From: Acidimicrobiales bacterium
GTDB taxonomy: Bacteria; Actinomycetota; Acidimicrobiia; Acidimicrobiales; Bog-793
DNA: 64,000 nucleotides
Assembly: GCA_052143575.1 (NCBI GenBank)
Contig: JBKQSP010000033.1
Location: forward strand, 10,161-74,160
Direction of reading: 5' to 3'
In this document: one piece after another, positions 18,966-27,281 of the stretch
How positions within the stretch are numbered: the stretch's first letter is position 1
How the letters are laid out: each line of letters starts with the position of its first letter
Made by a program: the position numbers and the translations under genes
The notes under the pieces: model-generated
Database searches by the model: none
Seen by the model: the letters and a program-made list of their open reading frames with translations, nothing else
What the model was told of the DNA's origin: nothing

Positions 18966-20562
18966 GCGTCGTCTCTCCGGCAACCGCTCGCCCCTCGCCG
19001 CCCGCCGCGCGCCGGGAGGTGGTCGTCGCCAGCAGCCCCCCGGCCTCATGCCCGACGTGCTGGTCGGCCTCGCCGTCGTCGTCGTGGCCGTTGTGGCCGA
19101 GCTCACCCGCCTGCGGGCCGACGTCGTCGCTCATCGTCACGAGCTCGATCTCGCCGCCCGTGCCGGTGCCGCCCTGGCGGCGGCGACGCTGCTCGGTGGC
19201 CCCCTCGTCCTGGCAGGGCACCGCCGGAGGGGGCGTCCGAGGCGGAGCCGCCATCGCCCTTGGTCATCGCCGTCGCCCGAGGCCGGTTGGGCGAGCCGCC
19301 GCCAACTGCGACCGCTCGAGGTGACAGCGCCGCCGGGTGATCGCATCGTGCTCGGATCCCATGGGCGCTGCCTGCTCGCCGCCGAGGGGGGCCAGTCGGT
19401 GCTCGTCGTGGGTCCGACCCAGTCCGGAAAGACGAGTGGCCTCGCCATCCCGGCGATCCGCGAGTGGCGGGGTGCCGTCGTGGCGACGAGCGTGAAGTCG
19501 GATCTGGTCCGCGAGACCATCGAGCAGCGGCGCGCCCTCGGGCAGGTCCAGCTCTACGACCCCACCGGAGCGTCCGGTTTCTTGGCGACGGGGTGGTCGC
19601 CCCTGTCGGCGGCTGCCACCTGGACGGGCGCCAAGCGCCTCGCCTCCGCCCTCTGCTCGGTGGCGAGGGCGGACGGGGGCATGGACGACGCCGCCTTCTG
19701 GTACGCCTCGGCGGAGAAGCTGCTGGCGCCGCTCCTACTGGCGGCGGCTTCGGCCGGAGCCGGCATGGCCGACGTCGTGCGGTGGATCGATGACGAGGAG
19801 CTGCACGAGCCCCTCCTCGCCCTCGAGCTGGCCGGCGTGCCCGACGCTCTCCGGGCGGCCCGCACGAGCTTCGGGCGGGAGGAGCGCCAGCGGAGCTCGG
19901 TCTTCGCAACGGCCGAGACGATCGTCGCCGGCTTCGGCGATCCCGTCGTAGCGGCTTCTGCCCACGGGCCCGGCATCGATCCGCCCGCCCTTGTCAAGGG
20001 TTCGGCGGACACGCTGTACTGCTGTGCGCCCGCCCGCGAGCAGGACCGCCTCCGGCCCGTGTTCGTGGCCCTGCTGCGCCAGGTGCTCGACGCAGCCTTC
20101 GAGCGTTCCGGACGGCTCGGCCGACCGCTCGATCCGCCCCTGCTCGTCGTGCTCGACGAGGCGGCCAACATCGCCCCGCTCGCCGATCTCGACACCATCG
20201 TCTCCACGGCCGCCGGCCACGGGATCGCACTCGTGACGGTGTGGCAGGACTTCGCCCAGATCGAGGCGCGCTACGGGAGGCGATGGCCGACGATCGTCAA
20301 CAACCATCGAGCCAAGGTGCTGTGCCCGGGGAGCGCCGATCCCCTCACGCTCGACCACATGAGCTCGCTCATCGGTGAGGACGAGCGAACGGAGCGCTCG
20401 ACGACCTTCTCCGACGACGGCCGGTGGAGCAGCACGGAGGCCGCGTCCGTCCGCCGGGTGGCTCCGAGCGCCGTCCTGCGCACACTGTCGGCCGGCGAAG
20501 CGGTCGTCGTCTACGGCTCGCTGCCGCCGGCTCGCGTGGCCCTGCGCCCCTACTACGGGTGA
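18949..20562 (+). CDS. Type IV coupling protein (VirD4/TraG/TraD-like, TraM-recognition-domain type)
   Basis: It has two N-terminal TM helices, a Walker A (LVVGPTQSGKTSGLAIPAI) and a Walker B (LLVVLDEAANIAPL), followed by VWQDFAQIEARYG. An alternative ATG start is at 19048. Confidence 0.75.
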   Translation: MRQPPKRRLSGNRSPLAARRAPGGGRRQQPPGLMPDVLVGLAVVVVAVVAELTRLRADVVAHRHELDLAARAGAALAAATLLGGPLVLAGHRRRGRPRRSRHRPWSSPSPEAGWASRRQLRPLEVTAPPGDRIVLGSHGRCLLAAEGGQSVLVVGPTQSGKTSGLAIPAIREWRGAVVATSVKSDLVRETIEQRRALGQVQLYDPTGASGFLATGWSPLSAAATWTGAKRLASALCSVARADGGMDDAAFWYASAEKLLAPLLLAAASAGAGMADVVRWIDDEELHEPLLALELAGVPDALRAARTSFGREERQRSSVFATAETIVAGFGDPVVAASAHGPGIDPPALVKGSADTLYCCAPAREQDRLRPVFVALLRQVLDAAFERSGRLGRPLDPPLLVVLDEAANIAPLADLDTIVSTAAGHGIALVTVWQDFAQIEARYGRRWPTIVNNHRAKVLCPGSADPLTLDHMSSLIGEDERTERSTTFSDDGRWSSTEAASVRRVAPSAVLRTLSAGEAVVVYGSLPPARVALRPYYG

Positions 20563-20676
20563 CGCAGGCAGAGGGCGGCCGCCCAGCCGGCCCCTGCGAC
20601 GGGGCGCCTTGGGCGACCGCAGCGGTTGGCGATCCGCAGTGGTCACCGTGTCGATCGGTGACGGCGTGACCGGTAG

Positions 20677-20949
20677 GTTCTCGCTCGTGAACGACCCCGG
20701 CTGTACGCCACGATCTTTCGCCGGCGTGACGTGCGCGGCCAGTTCAGCGGCGAGCCCCTCGACGACGCCACCCTCGCCAAGGTGCTCTTGGCGGCGCACG
20801 CAGCGCCGAGCGTCGGGCTCTCGCAGCCGTGGGACTTCGTCGTCGTGACGGACGAGTCGACGCCGGACCTCGAGCGAGCCGGCTGGCGCGCCCGCTTGGA
20901 GCTCTCCGCCGTGTGCCACCGCGAGCGGTGGGGGAACCGGGACGGCTGA
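20677..20949 (+). pseudogene. Truncated BluB/nitroreductase-family fragment
   Basis: The frame reads ...LYATIFRRRDVRGQFSGEPLDDATLAKVLLAAHAAPSVGLSQPWDFVVVTDES and then diverges and stops. Only about 80 of the expected ~210 residues are present, and there is no convincing start codon. Confidence 0.45.
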
Positions 20950-21030
20950 CCCGACGGAACGGCGGTCCCCCGGACGGCCCGTTGCACCTCGAAGGCTCGA
21001 CCGGGCGGTCCCTCGTCGCCGCAACGGCGC

Positions 21031-21681
21031 TCAGGCGCCGGCGGCAGGCGCCCGGATATCGACGCGGAGCGGCACGCGCCGCGTCAGGTTGACGGCGTGG
21101 TCGCCGAGCCGCTCGTAGAAGCGCCCGAGCAACGCGAGCTCGATGGCGACGGGGACCGGCACGGAGCCCTCGGCGATCTCGGCGATGAACTCCACGTGGA
21201 GGTCGTCCATCTCGTCGTCGAGGAGAACGATGCGCTCCGCACCGGCGACGCGCTCGGCATAGGAGTCGGCCGCCATCCGCCACATGGCGCATGCCACCTC
21301 GCCCATTCGCTCGATGTAGCCACGCATGCGTGCCGGGATCTCGGCGGGAAGGTTGCGCGTCGCCCGTTGCGCCACGTGCTCTGCGAGGTCGCCGCTTCGC
21401 TCCAGCTCCGGGAGCATCGAGAGGACCGAGAGGAGCCACGTCGTCTCGTCCGGTCCGATCCCGCCCGCCACGACACGGTCGTGCACGAGGTGCTGCAGCT
21501 CGACGTAGAGCTCGTCGAGGGCGACGTCGTTGGCGACGAGCGCTCTGGCCTGCTCCCGGTCGCCGGTGAGGAGGGCGTGGGTGGCGCCGGCGACAGCCTC
21601 CTCGACGATGGCGAACATCTGGATCATCCGGCGGTGGATCTGCCAGACGACGTCGGGAGGCTCCGGAGCAGCGGGAGCCAC
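21031..21681 (-). CDS. phoU: Phosphate signalling complex protein PhoU
   Basis: It has two PhoU repeats, and ELERSGDLAEHVA and LLGRFYERLGDHAVNL are the conserved E/D-xxxD motifs. The GTG at 21681 gives a length comparable to PhoY/PhoU proteins. An alternative ATG is at 21627. Confidence 0.85.
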   Translation of the reverse strand: MAPAAPEPPDVVWQIHRRMIQMFAIVEEAVAGATHALLTGDREQARALVANDVALDELYVELQHLVHDRVVAGGIGPDETTWLLSVLSMLPELERSGDLAEHVAQRATRNLPAEIPARMRGYIERMGEVACAMWRMAADSYAERVAGAERIVLLDDEMDDLHVEFIAEIAEGSVPVPVAIELALLGRFYERLGDHAVNLTRRVPLRVDIRAPAAGA

Positions 21682-22039
21682 GAGGGCGACGGCCGGGGCG
21701 TCGGCATCGTTGAGATGTCGGGCGCCCTCCTCGCCCCCGCTGTCGTTTCGAGAGTTGGCGTCTCGGCTACCGGGCGCATCTCGCCCATTGGAACCGAAGA
21801 CACGACGCACGCTTCCACCGTACCGCTCCCTCGCACGCAAATGTCCGGCCAATTCGGCAAATTCCAGGTGAACTCCGAGGAGGCCGCGGCAGTACCCTCC
21901 ACGGTGGTGGTGGTACAGCGTCGTTCCGCTCCGGCGAAGTCGGCGAACCCGACGAGCGACGTGTCCTCGCACCGAGAACACGAAGCGTCAGACCTTCGCC
22001 CCGCTTCCCAGTCCTCATCGAGCCGCGAAAGAGGTCCTC

Positions 22040-22485
22040 GTGCTGGTCATGTCAACCATTGACTTCCTCTGGTTCGTCGACAAGGCGCTCGATGACATGG
22101 TGAGCATCCTCGAGCTCCTCGGCGAGGAGCTGGCGAACCGCCGCCCGGCGCTCGACGGGGCCAATTCTGCTGTCGCTACGGTCACGCACTGCCTCGGCGT
22201 GATGGAGTTCTGGGGCGGCTACGCCGTAGCGGGTCGGTCGATCGAGCGCGACCGTGAGGCCGAGTTCAGGGCGAGCGGGCCCCTCGCCGACCTGATCGAA
22301 CGCGTGCGGGCGTCTCGGCGCCCGGCCTCGACGGGCTGGCCCCTCCGCTCGGCCGGCTCGAGGACGAAGACGCCGGCACCCCCCTGCGCACGCAAGCAGG
22401 CGTGCTCCTCCACATCCTGGAAGAGCTGACGCAGCACCTCGGGCAGATGGAGCCCTCGCGGGACGTCCTTCTCGCCGCCGGCTGA
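22040..22485 (+). pseudogene. DinB-family (DinB_2/DUF664-like) protein interrupted by a frameshift
   Basis: The N-terminal part (frame of ORF 22040..22429) reads STIDFLWFVDKALDDM...VTHCLGVMEFW. The expected C-terminal helix GVLLHILEELTQHLGQMEPSRDVLLAAG* is in another frame and ends at 22485. The frame switch lies near 22300-22330. Confidence 0.6.
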
Positions 22486-22493
22486 TCAACTGG

Positions 22494-24779
22494 TCAGAAG
22501 ACCGCCAGCTCGCGAGCTACCCGTTCGATGTCCTCGACCTGGGGGAGGATCGCCTGCTCGAGCGTGGGTTCGTAGGCGACAAAGGTGTCGCTGGCGCCGA
22601 CGCGGCGCACGGGACCGTCGAGGTCGCCGTAGCAGTGCTCTCCCGCCCAGGCCGCTACCTCGGCACCGAAGCCGGCGGTGAGGATGTCTTCGTGCACGAC
22701 GAGGAGCTTGGAGGTACGGGCGACCGTCTCGGCGACGGCTTCGCGGTCCCAGGGGATGATCGTCCGCAAGTCGATCACCTCCACCGTGGTCCCCTCGGCG
22801 GCGAGGTGGTCGGCCGCCACGAGCGACTTCTGCACAGTGGCACCCCAAGTGACGATCGACAGGTGGCAGCCCTCCCGCAGGCGCGCCGCTTTGCCGGGAG
22901 GCAGCACGAAGCCCGGCTCCGGGTAGGGGTCCATTGCGTACTTCTGGCGGAGGAGATGCTTGTGCTCGAGGAACAGCACGGGGTCCTCGCAGAGAAACGC
23001 CGCTCGCAACAGCCCGACGGCGTCGCGTGCCCGCGAGGGGAACATGACGATGAGGCCGGGGATGTGGGCGAAGATGGACTCGCCGCTCTGCGAGTGCCAC
23101 AGCGATCCCCCTCGCACATAGCCGCCGATCGCCGTGCGGATGACGAGGGGGACCGTGAACTGGCCCTGCGATCGCCAGCGGGCGGTGGCCGCCTCCGCTC
23201 TGATCTGGTGCATGGCCGGCCAGATGTAGTCGAAGAACTGGATCTCGGCGCACGGCCGCAACCCGCGGATGGCCTGGCCGATACCGCGGCCGACGATGTT
23301 CGCCTCCGCCAGGGGCGTGTTGTAGCAGCGGGCGATGCCGAAGGTCTTCTGCAGCCCGTGCGTCGTCCCGAACACGCCGCCCTTGCCTTCGACGATCTGC
23401 AGGACGTCTTCGGCGGCGTCGGCGACGTCCTCACCGAAGACGCGTATCCGGGGGTCGGCGCCCATCAACTCGGTCAAGGCGAGCCGGATGGCGTCGCCCA
23501 TGCCAACGGCCTCTCCCCGGATGGCGAACTCGCTCATCGGGTCCGACGGGTGGACGGCGGCTTGCCTGGCGGAGGCGGCATCGCCGGCGCCAGTGCCTCG
23601 CTCCGGGTCGGGCAGCTCGGGCAGCCGGATGACGCCCTGAGTGACCGTCGCCGGGTCGGGCCGAGCGGCCGCCAGCGCTTCTCTCGCCATCTCGGCGACG
23701 TAGCCTTTCGCCTCCGCGCGGATGTGCTCCGCTTGCTCGCCCGTGAGGATGCCGCCCCGGATCAGCTGGTGCTCGAAACGCAGGATGGGGTCGTGATTCG
23801 CCTCCTCGAGCAGCTCGGATGCCGAGCGGTACTTCGCCTGGGTGTCCTGGGAGGAGTGAGAGTACGGACGCGTGACCGTGGCGTGGATGAGGCCAGGACC
23901 TTCGGCCGCCCGCACACGAGCGATGGCGTCGGCGCCCTTCTGACGGCTGGCGAAGTAGTCGGTGCCGTCGACCTTGGTGATCGCCAACCCGCGAAACCCC
24001 CGCACCAGCTCGGAGATGGGCGCCGGCGCCTGGTCGGCCGCCCGAACCGAGATGGCGTAGCCGTTGTCGGCGACGAGGAACAGGATCGGCAGGTGCAGCC
24101 GGCAGGCCGTGTTGAGGCTCTCCCAGAACTCGCCCTCGGACGTGGCGCCCTCGCCGAGCGAGACGTAGGTGATCTCGTCCCCGTAGGCGGTGCAGCCCGG
24201 CAGGCTGCGAGAGGCGATGTAGCGGGCGGCCTCGGCGCTGCCGACGGCCGGCAGGCATTGACTGCCTGTCGGGCTCGTCTGGGAGACGATGTTGAGGCGC
24301 TTCGAGCCCCAGTGCGACGGCATCTGGCGACCACCGGAGCTCGGGTCCTCCGCCGAGCCGACGGCCTGCAGGAGGATGTCGCGCGGTGTCACGCCGAGAG
24401 CCAGACAGAGCGCTTGGTCCCGGTAGTAGGGGAAGAACCAGTCGTAGGAGGGCCGCAACGAGCGAGCGAGCGCCAGCAGCAGTATCTCGTGGCCGGCGCC
24501 GGAGATCTGGAAGAAGACGCGGGATTGCTTCTGCAGCATGATCTCCCGGTCGTCGAGAGCCCGCGACGTGCAGGCGAGCCGGTAATCCTCGATGAGCTGG
24601 GCGCGCTCGTAGCCGCGGTATTCGCTCGGGGCCACGACGGTCGCCCCCTTGCCGTTGAGGCTGGGGGCCAGCCTGCTCGCCATGGCGGGGGAGCTGGGTG
24701 GTGCAGCCGGCTTCACGGTCTCGGCTACCTCAGCGAGATCGTCATCGCGAAACTGGCCGCCTCTCTTCACAGTCGTCAC
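22494..24779 (-). CDS. Fused alpha/beta E1 component of a 2-oxoacid (pyruvate/branched-chain) dehydrogenase, TPP-dependent
   Basis: The GTG at 24779 is preceded by AAGGAG 5 nt upstream. The alpha part contains GEGATSEGEFWESLN (TPP motif). The beta part contains FGEDVADA...GGVFGTT...YNTPLAEANIVG. Confidence 0.85.
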   Translation of the reverse strand: MTTVKRGGQFRDDDLAEVAETVKPAAPPSSPAMASRLAPSLNGKGATVVAPSEYRGYERAQLIEDYRLACTSRALDDREIMLQKQSRVFFQISGAGHEILLLALARSLRPSYDWFFPYYRDQALCLALGVTPRDILLQAVGSAEDPSSGGRQMPSHWGSKRLNIVSQTSPTGSQCLPAVGSAEAARYIASRSLPGCTAYGDEITYVSLGEGATSEGEFWESLNTACRLHLPILFLVADNGYAISVRAADQAPAPISELVRGFRGLAITKVDGTDYFASRQKGADAIARVRAAEGPGLIHATVTRPYSHSSQDTQAKYRSASELLEEANHDPILRFEHQLIRGGILTGEQAEHIRAEAKGYVAEMAREALAAARPDPATVTQGVIRLPELPDPERGTGAGDAASARQAAVHPSDPMSEFAIRGEAVGMGDAIRLALTELMGADPRIRVFGEDVADAAEDVLQIVEGKGGVFGTTHGLQKTFGIARCYNTPLAEANIVGRGIGQAIRGLRPCAEIQFFDYIWPAMHQIRAEAATARWRSQGQFTVPLVIRTAIGGYVRGGSLWHSQSGESIFAHIPGLIVMFPSRARDAVGLLRAAFLCEDPVLFLEHKHLLRQKYAMDPYPEPGFVLPPGKAARLREGCHLSIVTWGATVQKSLVAADHLAAEGTTVEVIDLRTIIPWDREAVAETVARTSKLLVVHEDILTAGFGAEVAAWAGEHCYGDLDGPVRRVGASDTFVAYEPTLEQAILPQVEDIERVARELAVF

Positions 24780-24929
24780 TCCAGCTCCTTTGAGGAGGGA
24801 TACGTCGTTGGTCCCCCGTGCGCCGAGGCTTGCGGGCGGCCCAGCGCGAGCCTGCATGCCCGATGCGACCCTTTCACCTTAGAGCCTTGGGTCTTGTCTT
24901 CCCTGACGCTTTTGCCACGACGCTGCCTA

Positions 24930-24945
24930 GACTGACGTGTCAGTC
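24930..24945. promoter_or_regulatory. Candidate operator: inverted repeat GACTGAC-GT-GTCAGTC
   Basis: It has perfect 7-bp arms. It lies in the divergent intergenic region between the E1 gene and the nitronate monooxygenase gene, 43 nt upstream of the latter's ATG. Confidence 0.4.
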
Positions 24946-24987
24946 AACAGCCGCGTTAGCGGCGCCACCGACGAGAGGGTCACCGCC

Positions 24988-25980
24988 ATGCACACCCGCC
25001 TCACTACCCTGCTCGGGATCGAGCACCCCGTGATGCTCGCCGGCATGGGCGGCGTCTCCTATGCGCCGCTCGTGGCGGCCGTCTCGGAGGCGGGCGGCTT
25101 CGGCACGCTCGGAGCCTCCACGATGGGACCTGACGGCATGGTGGCCGAGATCCGGGAGGTCCGGCGCCTCACGGACAAAGGGTTCGGCGTCGACCTGCTG
25201 ACGGCGATGCCGGGCGATCTCGAGCGCCAGGTGCAGTCGCTCATCGAGGAGGGGGCCACCGTCTTCGTCGCCGCCCTCGGCGTGCCGACGACGGTGGTCG
25301 ACATGTGCCACGACGCCGGCGTGCTCGTCGTGAACATGTGCGGGAAGGTCGACCACGCCCGCCGGGCCCTTGATGCCGGCTGTGACATCGTCGTCGCACA
25401 GGGAACCGAGGCGGGCGGTCACACGGGCACGGTGGCGACCATGCCGCTCGTGCCCCAGATCGTCGACGCCGTCGGTGCCGACATCCCCGTCGTGGCGGCG
25501 GGGGGCATCTTCGACGGACGTGGCCTGGCGGCCGCGCTGGCGCTCGGTGCAGACGGCGTCTGGGTCGGCACGCGCTTCATCGCCACCCCCGAGGCGAGAG
25601 CCGTCACCGGCTACAAGGAGGCGCTCGTGGCCGCCCGGGAGGACTCGACGGTCGTGAGCCGGGCGTACTCCGGCAAGACCATGCGGGTGCTGCGCAACGA
25701 CTACACGAAGTACTTCGAGGAGCACCCCGACGAGCTGCAGCCCTTCCCCGCCCAGCTCGGGCGCTCCATCGGCGACGGGGCCCTCCATCTCGGCGGCGAA
25801 GCCGACCACCCCGGCGGGGACAGCATCGACACGAGCCGCGAGTGCTACCCAGCCGGCCAAGGCACCGGCGCCATCGGCGAGCTCGTGCCGGCGGGCGAGC
25901 TCGTGCGGCGCCTCGTCGCCGAAGCCGAGGCGGTTCTCGAACGGATCGGTGGCCTGACCTCGCCTCCGGCGCCCAACTAA
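24988..25980 (+). CDS. Nitronate monooxygenase / FabK-like FMN oxidoreductase
   Basis: The N-terminus reads MHTRLTTLLGIEHPVMLAGMGGVSYAPLVAAVSEAGGFGTLGA. It also contains VVAQGTEAGGHTG and VVAAGGIFDGRG. Confidence 0.85.
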   Translation: MHTRLTTLLGIEHPVMLAGMGGVSYAPLVAAVSEAGGFGTLGASTMGPDGMVAEIREVRRLTDKGFGVDLLTAMPGDLERQVQSLIEEGATVFVAALGVPTTVVDMCHDAGVLVVNMCGKVDHARRALDAGCDIVVAQGTEAGGHTGTVATMPLVPQIVDAVGADIPVVAAGGIFDGRGLAAALALGADGVWVGTRFIATPEARAVTGYKEALVAAREDSTVVSRAYSGKTMRVLRNDYTKYFEEHPDELQPFPAQLGRSIGDGALHLGGEADHPGGDSIDTSRECYPAGQGTGAIGELVPAGELVRRLVAEAEAVLERIGGLTSPPAPN

Positions 25981-25983
25981 TCT

Positions 25984-25999
25984 GACTGACTCATCAGTC
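25984..25999. promoter_or_regulatory. Candidate operator: inverted repeat GACTGA-CTCA-TCAGTC
   Basis: It uses the same half-site as 24930..24945. It lies 14 nt upstream of the fadE-like ATG at 26013 and just upstream of the RBS AGGAG. Confidence 0.4.
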
Positions 26000-26012
26000 G
26001 ACAGGAGCTCCG

Positions 26013-27281
26013 ATGCGCTGGAAGGTGGAGGACACGCCCGAGCGGGCGGCGTTCCGGGCTGAGTTCAGGACGTGGCTGGCCGAGGTGTTGCCCGCCGGGT
26101 GGATCGAGGCGCTCGAGAGCCAGGACGACGCCGCCTTCGCGACGGCGCGGTCGGGTTTCGACTTCCTCGCCTGGATGGGCACGATCGGCCGCACGGGCTA
26201 TGCCGCTCCCTTGTGGCCTCGCCAGTACGGAGGGCTCTCGGGCGAGGCCTGGATGCAGCAGATCGTGCGCGAAGAGCTCTCGGCCCATCGCCTGCCGACC
26301 TTTGGCGTGAACCTCCTCGGCGTCGGCCTGGCAGGCCCGACGATCATCGCCCACGCCAGCGAGGAGCAGAAGGCCCGCTACCTTCCGAAGATCCTCTCCG
26401 GCGAGGAGATCTGGTGCCAGCTCTTCAGCGAGCCGGGCTCGGGCTCAGATCTCGCCTCCCTCGGAACCCGGGCGGTGCGCGACGGGGACGAGTGGGTCGT
26501 CAACGGCCAGAAGGTCTGGACCTCGATCGCCTCGTTCGCCACCTTCGGGATGCTGCTGGCACGAAGCGATCCGGACGTCCCCAAGCACGAGGGGCTCTCC
26601 TACTTCATCGTGGACATGCACTCGCCCGGCGTCGACATCCGACCGCTCCGCCAGATCACCGGCTCGGCCGATTTCAACGAGGTCTTCTTCAGCGACGTGC
26701 GGGTGCCTGACGCCAACCGAATCGGCGAAGCCGGAGAAGGCTGGCGCTATGCCCGCACGACGCTCATGAACGAGCGCGTGGCCCTCTCGGGGCTCTCCAT
26801 CGATGCCGCCTCTCTCACCGGCGGGCTCCGCCGCGACGCCTGGGAGGCCCTGCTCTCCGGCGTGAGTGACCGCGACAATCCGATCATCCGACAGGAGCTC
26901 GCCCGCATCCACATCGCCCAGGAGGTGAAGGAGATCACGGCGTTTCGAGCGAGCGCGGCCCGGCTCGCCGGCCAGATCCCCGGCGCAGAGGGCGGCATCT
27001 CCAAGGTCTTCAACGCCGAGTTCAACCAGTACCGGGCGAACGTCGCCATGAACGCCGCCGGCATGGCGTCCATCGCCTGGGAGCCAGAGCCCGCCCGTGC
27101 CTTCGGCGCTTCCGGCGACCGGTCCGCCAAAGCGACGGCGTTCCTGCGCACGCGGGCCAACACCATCGAGGGCGGCACCTCGGAAGTGCTCCGCAACCAG
27201 ATCGGGGAGCGCATCCTCGGGCTCCCCCGCGAGGTGGAGGTCGACAAGGGGGCGCCGTGGATGGGGACGCGTCGCAGTTGA
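26013..27281 (+). CDS. Acyl-CoA dehydrogenase
   Basis: The 422-aa ORF contains WCQLFSEPGSGSDLASL, GQKVWTS and a C-terminal IEGGTSEVLRNQI. Confidence 0.9.
   Translation: MRWKVEDTPERAAFRAEFRTWLAEVLPAGWIEALESQDDAAFATARSGFDFLAWMGTIGRTGYAAPLWPRQYGGLSGEAWMQQIVREELSAHRLPTFGVNLLGVGLAGPTIIAHASEEQKARYLPKILSGEEIWCQLFSEPGSGSDLASLGTRAVRDGDEWVVNGQKVWTSIASFATFGMLLARSDPDVPKHEGLSYFIVDMHSPGVDIRPLRQITGSADFNEVFFSDVRVPDANRIGEAGEGWRYARTTLMNERVALSGLSIDAASLTGGLRRDAWEALLSGVSDRDNPIIRQELARIHIAQEVKEITAFRASAARLAGQIPGAEGGISKVFNAEFNQYRANVAMNAAGMASIAWEPEPARAFGASGDRSAKATAFLRTRANTIEGGTSEVLRNQIGERILGLPREVEVDKGAPWMGTRRS

Larger units (their letters stand above)
14602..20562 (+). other. Five-gene type-IV-secretion-like module (pilin-like, VirB6/TrbL-like, split VirB4, VirD4-like coupling protein)
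   Basis: Five co-directional genes are overlapping or tightly spaced. The individual calls are listed below. Confidence 0.6.

Noticed and set aside
24937-24987. The longer N-terminal extension of the nitronate monooxygenase ORF (GTG at 24937).
   Set aside because: The extension would start inside the GACTGAC/GTCAGTC palindrome and adds non-conserved residues. The family N-terminus (MxTxLxxLLGIxxPV) begins at the ATG at 24988.
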